Below are positions 25,706-35,212 of a stretch of DNA of 41,546 nucleotides, in pieces. The notes under the pieces are model-generated. The model worked only from the letters and a program-made list of their open reading frames with translations. It ran no database searches and had not been told where the DNA came from. The translations under genes were made by a program, and so were the position numbers. The DNA is taken from positions 1-41,546 of the IMG/VR virus record IMGVR_UViG_3300017914_002042; one strand, written 5' to 3'. Within the stretch, counting starts at the first letter, position 1, and every line of letters begins with the position of its first letter. This stretch comes from a virus (lineage: Duplodnaviria > Caudoviricetes).

Positions 25706-26405
25706 TTTTCTGCAAGAAGTCTTTGACGTCAATCTTTGCTTTCCACCCTGTAGCTTCTTCAAAGTATTTAGTATTGGCTTTAGTGATTGTTCGTTCACCC
25801 ACCGCACCGCTTCTGACTGGTAAAGACGGAACAATATCTTTGATACATATAGTTTTACCTGTTCCAAGGTCGAATGCTGGTAATAGATTATCAGTATTTA
25901 TAATAATCTCGATTGCATCAAGTAAATCATCGCGGTGAATAAAATCTCTTTCATGGTCAGTTACGTATTCAAGAGTCCCTTTGAATAGTTTATCAAAGAA
26001 CATTCCTGTTCTTGCTTCTTCATTATAAACCGTATGAAATCTCATAAAGACCACATTAGGGTGAGGTATAGATTCTATTAAATGTTTTGATGCTGCGTAT
26101 GGATTCAAGTGGGGTTCATATTGTGAACTAGAACCTGCCACCAAAACTCGAGTATCTTGGTAGTGTTCAAGAATACGTCTTGTACCTTCGACGTTATTCT
26201 CCCAATATTTTTTAGGGTCAGCTAATGATTCTCTCACACCACCAATGCCAGCTAAATGAATGACTAAGTCGACTTCTGGTAAATCTGCGGTAAGAATATC
26301 TTTACCTGACTTTATATCAATCCCTTGTAATTCGTGGTCCCAGCTAAGTCTATCCCATAGACCAGAGCCAATGAAACCTTCATGCCCTGTAATTAATATT
26401 TTCAT
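25671..26405 (-). CDS. NAD-dependent epimerase/dehydratase
   Basis: ILITGHEGFIG, VIHLA, NVEGT, YAASK, RDFIH. Confidence 0.92.
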   Translation of the reverse strand: MKILITGHEGFIGSGLWDRLSWDHELQGIDIKSGKDILTADLPEVDLVIHLAGIGGVRESLADPKKYWENNVEGTRRILEHYQDTRVLVAGSSSQYEPHLNPYAASKHLIESIPHPNVVFMRFHTVYNEEARTGMFFDKLFKGTLEYVTDHERDFIHRDDLLDAIEIIINTDNLLPAFDLGTGKTICIKDIVPSLPVRSGAVGERTITKANTKYFEEATGWKAKIDVKDFLQKNDERIRNLYRV

Positions 26406-27097
26406 AATGTAGTTGTACTCCTTATTCCTTGAACTGTTGTGTAGTATGGATAAACCACTTTAATGAAATCAAAATGTTGTTTACACATTAATGCATCATT
26501 AGGCCACCCGCCAGTTTCTTTTAATTTTTCTAATAATTCTTTTGCAGCTGATGGTTTTATTAGATAAGCAGAGTTACCAGCTAATCCTTGTGGTCTACTT
26601 ACATCGGCTACATAAGGTGCGTCTGAAACCCCATCTGTCTTAGATACAGATTCGTGATATTTAAATGAATTAAATGTCGCACCTCTAGGGTCATTTAATC
26701 CTAAAACACCACCTTCCCATTCGAATGGAACAAACTTTCGAGTGAAGATAGCATCGTGTTCTAAAATCATTATCTCTTCATTTAAATGTATACACCTATT
26801 CCAAAGTTTCATATGTGATACTAAACAAGCAAAGACTTTTGATAATGAATTTGTTCGATATCCTTGAAGAGTCATACCTGTTTTCTCATCAATTCGAGTT
26901 GCTCTATTCAATGGATAGTTCCAAGCTAAACCAGGAAATGGTGCCAAGTCTTTATCTAAAGTATCAGGTGATGTCTGTTGAACAAACTTTACATCTACTT
27001 CACTTTCTGTTTTCTTTATTGTTCGAAAACAATTATTCATTCCTTTTACGGAGACTTTATTATTTTTATCTCCTATTATAAATCCTTTATATTTCAT
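26402..27097 (-). CDS. Glycosyltransferase, GT25-like
   Basis: ACLVSHMKLW, IMILEHDA, GNSAYLIKPSAAKELL. Confidence 0.85.
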   Translation of the reverse strand: MKYKGFIIGDKNNKVSVKGMNNCFRTIKKTESEVDVKFVQQTSPDTLDKDLAPFPGLAWNYPLNRATRIDEKTGMTLQGYRTNSLSKVFACLVSHMKLWNRCIHLNEEIMILEHDAIFTRKFVPFEWEGGVLGLNDPRGATFNSFKYHESVSKTDGVSDAPYVADVSRPQGLAGNSAYLIKPSAAKELLEKLKETGGWPNDALMCKQHFDFIKVVYPYYTTVQGIRSTTTL

Positions 27098-27765
27098 ACT
27101 CCGTGACTCAAGTGTAGATTGTTTTGGTTTAATTTAAAATAATCAGGTGCAGAATATCTAATGTCAACATTATAAGTATTGATAAAATAATCACTTTGCT
27201 CCCACCCGTTTTCTACTAAAGCAACTAATAACTTTTTCGCTCCTTGAGGAGTTATTGCGTATGAAGCAGTACCTGGTATCATGTAACTATTTTTATAAAC
27301 GTTGTTTCTATTATATTTTAATTTAGTACCTTCTAACTTATTTATACCTTCTTTATAAAATTCTAAACCAGGTCGTGTTGAATTGAAGATAGAGCGACCA
27401 AAGGCTGAACCAATATTCAATACTAGAACATCTTCAAACTCAGGGTTATCCCACTTCTTAACTGCGATTGCATCATGCTCAAGTATAATAATAGGCTCAT
27501 CTAGTTTTACACATTCTTTCCACAATCTGATGTGATTTGAAAAACATGCCTTCTTTGCTAAATACTTTTTATAATTATCGTTTTCAAAAATGCGAACTCT
27601 GGAATCTTTGATTGATTCATATTCAAATGGTATTAACATTTTGTTTGGAGTACTACCAGGAAATGGTGTTACTGAATATTCTAATTTTTTACAACTTGCA
27701 AGACAATTCTTAACTTGACGAATTGAACCTTCGTGATTGGCTACATATATTGCAAAGCATTTCAT
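27094..27765 (-). CDS. Glycosyltransferase, GT25-like
   Basis: ACFSNHIRLW, PIIILEHDA, GTASYAITPQGAKKLL, SDYFI. Confidence 0.85.
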   Translation of the reverse strand: MKCFAIYVANHEGSIRQVKNCLASCKKLEYSVTPFPGSTPNKMLIPFEYESIKDSRVRIFENDNYKKYLAKKACFSNHIRLWKECVKLDEPIIILEHDAIAVKKWDNPEFEDVLVLNIGSAFGRSIFNSTRPGLEFYKEGINKLEGTKLKYNRNNVYKNSYMIPGTASYAITPQGAKKLLVALVENGWEQSDYFINTYNVDIRYSAPDYFKLNQNNLHLSHGV

Positions 27766-28487
27766 TTAACTATACCTTTCTTTATATGTTCACGTAAATA
27801 ATCTCTACCGAATTGACCAGCATAATGAATAAAGTTTTTATTATTAACATCGATTGTTTTATACCAAGGGCCAGGCATATAGTTCCATTCAGTTCCTAAT
27901 AGAAAAGCTTTATCGTGATTTTCTGACCTCCAATAATTCATATAAGATTGGTCTGACTTATAACCTAAAGGTGGCATTATTTGATTATCAACTACATGAA
28001 CCATAAAGTCATAAATCATTTTACCTGCTTCTTTATTTACCATTTGAACTCCACCATTTACAAATGTATCTTCAGGTAATTCATAAGAACTTCTAAAAGT
28101 TTCCCACCCTTTACCCAAATCTTGTACACCTACGTGTCCTTTGATTTCAGGTAAAGGTTCAGCGGTTTCTGGTATGTATATATCACAATCGAGAGAAATA
28201 ACGTTATCATAATTCTCATTATACATATTCAAGTATCGAACTAAAGTACTACCTTTTTGTTTTCCGCCTTGTCTATAATTAAAAGAATCTGGTTTAGTGT
28301 TAAAATTAAACCATCTAGGGTCATGGTCTTTTGGAAATTCGGTTATAAGTTTATAATCATAATCATGTTTTTCACAATATCTTTTAACGCTTGGCATGCA
28401 ATAATCTTCAAACTCTTTTGGCGTTTCAATATTATTATACGCATAACCAGGTGCACCAATCATTACTTGTATTACTAAATTTTTCAT
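27762..28487 (-). CDS. GT-A fold glycosyltransferase (GT8/GT34-like)
   Basis: YCEKHDYDY, LDCDI, NGGV, DQSYMN, WNY, FIHYAG. Confidence 0.8.
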   Translation of the reverse strand: MKNLVIQVMIGAPGYAYNNIETPKEFEDYCMPSVKRYCEKHDYDYKLITEFPKDHDPRWFNFNTKPDSFNYRQGGKQKGSTLVRYLNMYNENYDNVISLDCDIYIPETAEPLPEIKGHVGVQDLGKGWETFRSSYELPEDTFVNGGVQMVNKEAGKMIYDFMVHVVDNQIMPPLGYKSDQSYMNYWRSENHDKAFLLGTEWNYMPGPWYKTIDVNNKNFIHYAGQFGRDYLREHIKKGIVK

Positions 28488-29137
28488 TTTAATTTTAATT
28501 CGTATATAAACGAGTCACCTTTTTTGGAAAGCTTTCTGCAATCTTTTGCTTGAATATTACATTTAGATTTAAAAGCTTCAATCATTTTCTTTTGTTCAGA
28601 TGGTGAAAATTTTGGTTTAAGTGTACCTTTTTCACCCCACGTGTTATCTTGGTAAACTAAATAATGTTCCCTATACATTTCTCTTTCGGTCATTATTTGT
28701 GTTGGCCAACAATCTTCAACCCAATAAGTTCCATCATCTTTTAAAAATTCTATACAATTATAAAAAGTTGGTATCTGAATTTCGGGGTAATGAGCACCAT
28801 CATCAATAATATAATCAAATTTAATATTTTCACCCCAGGCTTCTTTTATTTTTTCAGATAGTTTTTCTGAAGTAGAATCTAACTTCATCATGTTTACTCT
28901 TGGGTTATCATATATTATCAAATCTTCCATATTGGTTCTTTCGAAAATATCAATTCCATAAAATGTAGCATTGGGAAAATATTCTAAAAATGCTTCTGTA
29001 GATTTACCATGAAATATACCAACTTCTAAAATATTAATGTTATCATTTTTTCTTTTTTCAAAATGAGGTTCATATACTTTGTGATAAAAGTGTTTGACTT
29101 TATCACAATCTTTCTTTTCAAATAATTCTTTTAACAT
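28484..29137 (-). CDS. Class I SAM-dependent methyltransferase (sugar O-methyltransferase-like)
   Basis: ILEVGIFHGKS, YFPNA..YGID, FDYIIDDGAH, L..DG.Y.VED. Confidence 0.88.
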   Translation of the reverse strand: MLKELFEKKDCDKVKHFYHKVYEPHFEKRKNDNINILEVGIFHGKSTEAFLEYFPNATFYGIDIFERTNMEDLIIYDNPRVNMMKLDSTSEKLSEKIKEAWGENIKFDYIIDDGAHYPEIQIPTFYNCIEFLKDDGTYWVEDCWPTQIMTEREMYREHYLVYQDNTWGEKGTLKPKFSPSEQKKMIEAFKSKCNIQAKDCRKLSKKGDSFIYELKLK

Positions 29138-29877
29138 ATCACAATTCCATTTTTTATTCCTCTTTGTAGGTGGTGGGAAATATAAGGTGTTTTACCACGA
29201 TTTTTATAAATGTAAATTTTATTCCAAGGTTTATAAAGCTGAGCTAAATGCATCATACCAGAATCAACACCAATGTGTATGTCTGCTTTAGAAATTAAAT
29301 ATCCAATGTGAGGTAAAGAATCTCTTAACTTACTATGTTTAGCTTCTCCGCCGACAGTAAAAAGTTTATATCCGTCTTTATTAAATTTTTTCTTAATATC
29401 ATCAATATCTTTTGTAGACCGATTTTTATCAGTTGAGTCAAATTGTATAGTTGCAAACTTTTCAGGCAATTTTGGAAAGAAGTCAGAACAATCAACTGGT
29501 TGTAAACAAGGAAGGTTTGAAAATAAAGGTGCTATATCAATTCCTTTGTCATTATTAAAAGGCATTGACGAATCTGAGTAATGATAAGTTTCACAGTCAA
29601 AACCTTGCCCTTTTAAATAAGATAACCATTCATCTTCTTTTAAATTTTTTACTGGCCAAACCATAACTCTTACATTCGGTACCATTAGACATAATTGATT
29701 CCAAGATTCTTTTTTATGGTCTTTACCAAATTTGTCTTGTGTAATGTGAATAGTGATCGGTTCTCCTTTAGAATAAAGGTAAGCAGCTAAAATTGTATGA
29801 ACTCTATCACCTAAACCTGGTGTAGTATATGGTTCATCTTTAAAAGCTGATTTTGATTTAATTGCTAGGTTTAACAT
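29131..29877 (-). CDS. Glycosyltransferase, GT9-like
   Basis: PGLGDR N-terminal motif and ISKADIHIGVDSGMMHLA. Confidence 0.78.
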   Translation of the reverse strand: MLNLAIKSKSAFKDEPYTTPGLGDRVHTILAAYLYSKGEPITIHITQDKFGKDHKKESWNQLCLMVPNVRVMVWPVKNLKEDEWLSYLKGQGFDCETYHYSDSSMPFNNDKGIDIAPLFSNLPCLQPVDCSDFFPKLPEKFATIQFDSTDKNRSTKDIDDIKKKFNKDGYKLFTVGGEAKHSKLRDSLPHIGYLISKADIHIGVDSGMMHLAQLYKPWNKIYIYKNRGKTPYISHHLQRGIKNGIVIC

Positions 29878-30622
29878 AATCTTCTTTATTATATCCAATA
29901 AAAATACTTGCGTCTTTATAATATTCTAATTCTTCTTTTGGCATATTATCAATAGCATTTAAATGAACACCTCTTCTAATTAATTCTCTTGCTTGCAAAT
30001 TAACATTACGATTATCTGGTGTTCTACCATCTTCTCGAATTTTTAAATCACAATACATATGTATTTTATCATAAGGCATTGATAATCTAGCCATGTGCAT
30101 CATACCAGAATCAGCACCAACATGATAATCTGCTTTAGACATAACATACCAAATTGTTTGTAGTTTTAATTTTCTTCCAGCTGGTCCACCTAAGTTAACT
30201 AAAGCATATCCTTTATCTTTCCAATGTTGCTCTACTTTTTTGATTTTTTCTTCTTTAACAAATCTCCAACGTTGTTGAGCATCCCACTGAGTAGTAATAA
30301 ATTTACCTTTGGGTAATTTTGGTTTAGGTTCATATTCGTCAGCATTCCAATTAGAAGTTGTTATTGGAAAGTCATCTGACATTTTTATTAATTCCCATAA
30401 GGCTTGTCTGTTTGTCAATCGTATGACTTTATCTGATTTTTCTCGTTTATTAAAAACAACTTTTCCATAAGGAATCATTTTACTAATGATTTCTTGGTCT
30501 TGATTATTAGCTCTTAAGTTAACAACATCATTATGTTTTTCACTTATCTGATGAGCAACCATTAAACTAGTAATTCTATCACCGAGTGGAGAAATTGGAT
30601 GTGTATATTGTAATTCTATCAT
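29858..30622 (-). CDS. Glycosyltransferase, GT9-like
   Basis: PLGDR and MSKADYHVGADSGMMHMA; tandem paralog of the downstream gene. Confidence 0.78.
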   Translation of the reverse strand: MIELQYTHPISPLGDRITSLMVAHQISEKHNDVVNLRANNQDQEIISKMIPYGKVVFNKREKSDKVIRLTNRQALWELIKMSDDFPITTSNWNADEYEPKPKLPKGKFITTQWDAQQRWRFVKEEKIKKVEQHWKDKGYALVNLGGPAGRKLKLQTIWYVMSKADYHVGADSGMMHMARLSMPYDKIHMYCDLKIREDGRTPDNRNVNLQARELIRRGVHLNAIDNMPKEELEYYKDASIFIGYNKEDYVKPSN

Positions 30623-31425
30623 ATATGTCTAAATCTCAAATTGGTTTTACCTTCAATTATTTTTTTCATCATAGCAACATCTTCACCTTTATTAGGAAGT
30701 TTATCTTTTAAGAAAAAGTGAAGAAAGTGAGACTTTTGAAAACACTCATCATTAATTGCTTTAAACATTCCGTTCCATTTCCAGTCCATTCTATGTAAAC
30801 CCATACCAGATTTTCGAACCCAATAGTTTAAGAGCGTTTGGTCTGTTGACCATTTCCAAGGTCCTTTACCATCAACAAATGGTTTAAATTCTTTTTGCAT
30901 TATAAATTCTCTAGGTGTTAATCCATTTAAATGTTTAATAATACCTTTATTCATTACCATAAGTCCCATATTAAAAAACTCCCAACCTCTTTTATTTGGT
31001 CTGTGATTTGTAGGTAATGGTTCATATTGCGACCTTGAATAATAATAAATTTTTCTAGCATACTCTGGAGTGATTGGCATTTCTCTTTCTATGACCCCGC
31101 CGAAGTCAGCATGAATGTCAAGAGAATCAAAAATGTTGGGAGCATTATCCCGTATGTAAATATCAGAATCAACAATAGCGATTTGTTCGTATCGGTCGAA
31201 GAATGTGAATGCGTGTTCTTTTTCATATATTGGTAAGTACCCCAATCTTATTGCGCCTTTACTTCTATTTGTTGTTTGGGGGTCAGGCAAAATCTTTAAC
31301 ATCGGTTCTGTTTGTATGTGATGGTCAATACCATATTTTTCACAATACCTAGCAACAGAATCTTGGCATAGCTTATATAGATTTGAAGGTTCACCAACGC
31401 TAACTTGAAAAATTAATCTATTCAT
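30619..31425 (-). CDS. GT-A fold glycosyltransferase (GT8-like)
   Basis: YCEKYGID, VDSDI, PNIF, FFNMGLMV, DQTLLNY, WKWN, FLHF. Start placed at MNRLIF. Confidence 0.82.
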   Translation of the reverse strand: MNRLIFQVSVGEPSNLYKLCQDSVARYCEKYGIDHHIQTEPMLKILPDPQTTNRSKGAIRLGYLPIYEKEHAFTFFDRYEQIAIVDSDIYIRDNAPNIFDSLDIHADFGGVIEREMPITPEYARKIYYYSRSQYEPLPTNHRPNKRGWEFFNMGLMVMNKGIIKHLNGLTPREFIMQKEFKPFVDGKGPWKWSTDQTLLNYWVRKSGMGLHRMDWKWNGMFKAINDECFQKSHFLHFFLKDKLPNKGEDVAMMKKIIEGKTNLRFRHI

Positions 31426-31543
31426 TCCAATCTTCTGTCCATGCGCTATCACCATGTTCTAAGTCTTTAAACCATCCGTCCATAAGTGGCCAAATAACCA
31501 TAATTATAAAAGAGATGCTTAAAAGAAAATAAAATAATCCCAT
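31418..31543 (-). CDS. Small single-TM protein (41 aa)
   Basis: Manual translation MGLFYFLLSISFIIMVIWPLMDGWFKDLEHGDSAWTEDWNE*; fills the gap. Confidence 0.5.
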   Translation of the reverse strand: MGLFYFLLSISFIIMVIWPLMDGWFKDLEHGDSAWTEDWNE

Positions 31544-32010
31544 CATCTATACAAAATTCCGTCCCATGGTTTTCTATGAACCTGTTGGTGTGAACGGGCA
31601 TGTTTAAATCCTAACATCATTGCGCATTCAATGTGAGTGTATCCGAGGTCTTTTGCTACCTCTACTCGATTTGAGCCACCCCATATTACATATTGTCTTT
31701 TATTTAATTCTTCCCATTTTTCACCGCGCTCTTTGAAAGGTAGAGGTAAAACTCTATCTTTCCAAACTGCTTTTTGTATCATCAATTCACGATAAGTAGA
31801 CGTAACCACTAATAAAGGATTTACTAAACCATTCTTTTTAATATCATCAAATAGTTTAGAATAAAACTTTATTCCGTTATGCACTTCTGCTTTAGGAACT
31901 GATGCCCATAAGTCTTTGATTGGAAGTATCTCCAATGCGTATTTGTTTTTGCCATGCGACCAATATCCTTGCTCGTGGCATTTTGAAACCATTACTTTTT
32001 TCTTAGCCAT
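31543..32010 (-). CDS. ParB/Srx N-terminal-like domain protein
   Basis: L.DDIKKNGLVNPLLV...YVIWGG.NR...AK.LG...I. Confidence 0.68.
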   Translation of the reverse strand: MAKKKVMVSKCHEQGYWSHGKNKYALEILPIKDLWASVPKAEVHNGIKFYSKLFDDIKKNGLVNPLLVVTSTYRELMIQKAVWKDRVLPLPFKERGEKWEELNKRQYVIWGGSNRVEVAKDLGYTHIECAMMLGFKHARSHQQVHRKPWDGILYR

Positions 32011-32275
32011 TTTTTCTATACCTATAATAAATGAATACCATCAATATCGCGCTTCCTAATGAAAACACATAATTGAATAACCAAAATAAATCAAACCCAA
32101 CTCTTAATAATGTATAACCAATGGCGCTAAGATATCCCATCACGGATAAAGTGAATAAATGAATTGAAACATCGGTTACTCTCTTTGTTCGCCAGCTTTT
32201 AATAATCTGTGGCCAATAGCAAGAGATAAAGCAAACATTATAAAGTATCCCTAATAGGATTTCAATTGTTTTCAT
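32003..32275 (-). CDS. SemiSWEET / PQ-loop family transporter
   Basis: 90 aa, three TM helices, WPQIIKSWRTK...DVS motif, Asn in TM3. Confidence 0.85.
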   Translation of the reverse strand: MKTIEILLGILYNVCFISCYWPQIIKSWRTKRVTDVSIHLFTLSVMGYLSAIGYTLLRVGFDLFWLFNYVFSLGSAILMVFIYYRYRKNG

Positions 32276-32924
32276 AGTAATAAGTTATTTCCTCAATTAA
32301 TTTATCGTACCAATCTTCTTTCTTTTCAATGAAAACTCTTGGCTCCATTGAATCTTCTATTGTCATTAAGACAACTAAATTATTTATCTCTATTCCTGTA
32401 CGCTCTTCGTACATACACGCATATGCGCATGCTTGCATAAAGTAATTGCTAATCTCTTCTCGAGTCTTATGTCGACTTGATGTTTTAAAGTCTATAATAG
32501 ATGGTACACCATCATAATCAGCAATCAAATCGACTCGACCTGCTAATCTTAAATCTTTTGAATATAGCGGAACTTCTTGAGCTTGAATATTATCGACATG
32601 ACCATCAATACTTTTCTTTAAAGAGTTCCATAATTGAACAACATGAGGCATCTCTCCTTGAGTATATACTGGTTCATTATTAAGATAATCTTCTGCCATG
32701 TGGTGAACTTTAGTTCCACGACCTGCAGCTCTTCGGGCAATCTTATTAGCCTCTTCTTCTCCAACTCTTTTACGCCAAGCTAGAATCGCGGCTTTACCAC
32801 GAAATCCGAGAACGGTTGTTACACTTGGTAATTCTAAACCTTCTGGTGTTTTATATCGGCGACCTTTATCTGTAGTGGTTGCCTCGAGTTCATAATCTAA
32901 TTTCAATTCATTGTGTTTAAACAT
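32262..32924 (-). CDS. PD-(D/E)XK exonuclease (Cas4/RecB-like phage exonuclease)
   Basis: PSVTTVL, RGT.VH...E, E..LY, AGRVD, IIDFKTS, Y.MQ..AYA.M..E. Confidence 0.9.
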   Translation of the reverse strand: MFKHNELKLDYELEATTTDKGRRYKTPEGLELPSVTTVLGFRGKAAILAWRKRVGEEEANKIARRAAGRGTKVHHMAEDYLNNEPVYTQGEMPHVVQLWNSLKKSIDGHVDNIQAQEVPLYSKDLRLAGRVDLIADYDGVPSIIDFKTSSRHKTREEISNYFMQACAYACMYEERTGIEINNLVVLMTIEDSMEPRVFIEKKEDWYDKLIEEITYYYENN

Positions 32925-33166
32925 TATCTGCCTGTATTAATTGTATTCTTTCTACCTGATGCGTCTTTTATTCTTGTTAAAGTGTCTTTCCAACCATTAT
33001 CTGTTTTACTAACAGCAGAACCAGTTGTATATGCTAAGTTAATGCCATGAACAATATACACCCAATCTTTACCTTCATTTTTTAAGGCTTCTTCTTTTTC
33101 TTCATACCGACAAAATATTTCTTTTACTTCGCCAGTCTTTTTATTTTGTATATCGTATAAAGGCAT
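32924..33166 (-). CDS. FmdB-like small protein (degenerate zinc ribbon)
   Basis: MPLYD...TGE..E start and KTD.GWKD.L.RIK end; CxxC pairs absent. Confidence 0.6.
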   Translation of the reverse strand: MPLYDIQNKKTGEVKEIFCRYEEKEEALKNEGKDWVYIVHGINLAYTTGSAVSKTDNGWKDTLTRIKDASGRKNTINTGR

Positions 33167-33167
33167 A

Positions 33168-33269
33168 TTATCTATCCATTAAAATAAGTATGGTAAATCC
33201 TATTACTAATAGTGTTAGAGTCCACCAAGGAGGATTTATCAATGACAAAGCTAAATTCAATTCACTCAT
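33168..33269 (-). CDS. Small membrane peptide (33 aa)
   Basis: Manual translation MSELNLALSLINPPWWTLTLLVIGFTILILMDR*; first ORF after the promoter. Confidence 0.45.
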   Translation of the reverse strand: MSELNLALSLINPPWWTLTLLVIGFTILILMDR

Positions 33270-33274
33270 AATTT

Positions 33275-33308
33275 TATTTATATTACCACAAATAGGCTAA
33301 AATGTCAA
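33275..33308 (-). promoter_or_regulatory. Overlapping early (TTGACA-N17-TAATAT) and late (TATAAATA) promoters
   Basis: -35 at 33303-33308, -10 at 33280-33285, TATAAATA at 33275-33282. Confidence 0.7.
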
Positions 33309-34475
33309 CTAAAATTTTAGTCTATATCCAATAAAAACTTTATTCTTAAACACATCTGCGTCTCTATTGAATAGATGCATTCCTTGATATCCTATTTCTG
33401 CGTAATGATTACGATTGTAGTTCCAAGATAAGGTTGCACTAGAAACAAAAATATCTTCTACTCTTTCAAGGTTAATACCTTCATATCTATTATATTCCGC
33501 AAAGTATTCTGTTTGCATCCATAATCCCATAAAAGATATTTCAGTCTTTGGAGTGAACGGATACTTTGCAATTATCATAGCCTTTCTATTTTCTTTTGCA
33601 TTCCAATATCCTGCACCAGAATCAGAGACATCGTAAATCAAATTAAATCCTAAAGTTGTGCCTCGAGGTGTAAAGAAAGTTACATTAGCACCATAAACTG
33701 GACGACTTGTATTATAATGATTACCAGCCTGATTTAATGTCGTAGACCAATGACGCCCATATAATCCTTTGATAAACATATAAGCATTTGGTACATATGT
33801 CAATTGGCCGGTTAATGTTTTAGACTCATATCCACCTCTATTACCATTATATTCTAAATCACTTAATGTACCGATTGTTTCTAATATAAATCTTCTATTG
33901 CTAATTCGTTCAAGAGTTAGACTATGAGTATTCTTTGTATAATCCCCATTTGTAACATCATTTCCGAGTGGTAAATTATCTGACCATCTCTTTATAGATT
34001 TTTCGTACCCATATCTAAATTTGTCGAGATAAGTATTTTGCCAACTGATAAGAGCTTTAGTTTTATTTGAAAAGAAAGTTACATCCATACTATCAGCAGG
34101 ATTGGTCGAAGCATCAACAAAGTCTGTTGGTTCTCTTTCAGAATGGCTAAATGCGTTATCAAACTTAACATTTAGTCGTGGTCCAAAATCATTCTCTGCC
34201 TTTATCTTTGTTGTACCAAAAAGAAAAGTTTGGTCATCTGCAGTTCTTCTTCTAAGTTCTATTGCGTTAGAGAATATAACTCTATCTCGAAATAACTTAG
34301 ACTTACCAGTAATGTTATGAGAATGATAAAAAGAATCTACAGGCTCTGCATTAGATGCATGCATGAAGATGTTATCATCATAAAAACCACGACTGAAAAT
34401 ATTAATCTCGTGCTTACCGCCGGCTAAACCAAAAGACTGGGAAGCAAATAAACATAATAAAAAGAAGATTCTCAT
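33309..34475 (-). CDS. Outer-membrane beta-barrel protein (BBP2/EpsL-like)
   Basis: Signal peptide, YDDNIF near the N-terminus, many amphipathic strands, C-terminal KNKVFIGYRLKF beta-signal. Confidence 0.8.
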   Translation of the reverse strand: MRIFFLLCLFASQSFGLAGGKHEINIFSRGFYDDNIFMHASNAEPVDSFYHSHNITGKSKLFRDRVIFSNAIELRRRTADDQTFLFGTTKIKAENDFGPRLNVKFDNAFSHSEREPTDFVDASTNPADSMDVTFFSNKTKALISWQNTYLDKFRYGYEKSIKRWSDNLPLGNDVTNGDYTKNTHSLTLERISNRRFILETIGTLSDLEYNGNRGGYESKTLTGQLTYVPNAYMFIKGLYGRHWSTTLNQAGNHYNTSRPVYGANVTFFTPRGTTLGFNLIYDVSDSGAGYWNAKENRKAMIIAKYPFTPKTEISFMGLWMQTEYFAEYNRYEGINLERVEDIFVSSATLSWNYNRNHYAEIGYQGMHLFNRDADVFKNKVFIGYRLKF

Positions 34476-35212
34476 GTAACTCTTCGTCTTCTAATTGCTG
34501 CATACATAAATGAACCAAACGCTAACATTAACGCAGAGGTTGATGGTTCTGGTATACTAGGTCCTGTGTCACCTGTTGTTAAATTAATTCCATCATCACC
34601 TATGGCTATTGCAGTTTCATCAAACGTAAATTGGTCCATTCCAAAACAAAATGCATCACTACCACTGATTGTGGCATATTCGATTTCATTAAAGTCATCT
34701 CCTAAAAATACATTATAAGTTTCATCAATACCCCAATTGTTACCAGGAATTAAATATTTTTCTGTTTCCCATAAAGCTCTGTTATTACTTTTAAATCCTT
34801 GAATGTAGACTTTTTCATTTCCGGTTGCGTGTCCTCCACCGATTTCAGTATTGGATGTTAATGCAAAATATTCCAAATCAAAAAGACCGCCATCGATTTT
34901 ACCAATTTTTATATAGTCTAAACCATTTCCAGGTTGTTCTGGCCAATGACCATGAATGACATCATTTTCTGATTCACCATAGTAATTACCAACGTTTTGA
35001 CCCCAAGTATTTTGTGAGCCTTTAAACATAACATATTCTAAAAAGAAACCATTCTCTTCATAGCGTGATACGCCACCAAAAAGTTGTTTTCCATTAGTAA
35101 TTTGGTTCTCCAATGTTTCATCAAAGAACTCAACAGTCCCACCAGTAAAAGTGATGATGGCACCGTGAGCAGCAGTTGCTGCGATAAGTAGTGTAATGAG
35201 TAGTTTTTTCAT
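34472..35212 (-). CDS. PEP-CTERM sorting domain protein
   Basis: Signal peptide MKKLLITLLIAATAAHGA.ITF and C-terminal IPEPST-TM-RRRR. Confidence 0.93.
   Translation of the reverse strand: MKKLLITLLIAATAAHGAIITFTGGTVEFFDETLENQITNGKQLFGGVSRYEENGFFLEYVMFKGSQNTWGQNVGNYYGESENDVIHGHWPEQPGNGLDYIKIGKIDGGLFDLEYFALTSNTEIGGGHATGNEKVYIQGFKSNNRALWETEKYLIPGNNWGIDETYNVFLGDDFNEIEYATISGSDAFCFGMDQFTFDETAIAIGDDGINLTTGDTGPSIPEPSTSALMLAFGSFMYAAIRRRRVT

Noticed and set aside
25706-25867. N-terminal extension of the GT25-like ORF (and similar extensions at 1463, 16965, 20135, 21119, 31455, 40481)
   Set aside because: Overlap upstream genes or promoters; downstream starts fit family N-termini better.
32262-32924. 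Cas4-like nuclease as part of a CRISPR system
   Set aside because: No repeat-spacer array or other cas gene; this exonuclease is common in T4-like phages.
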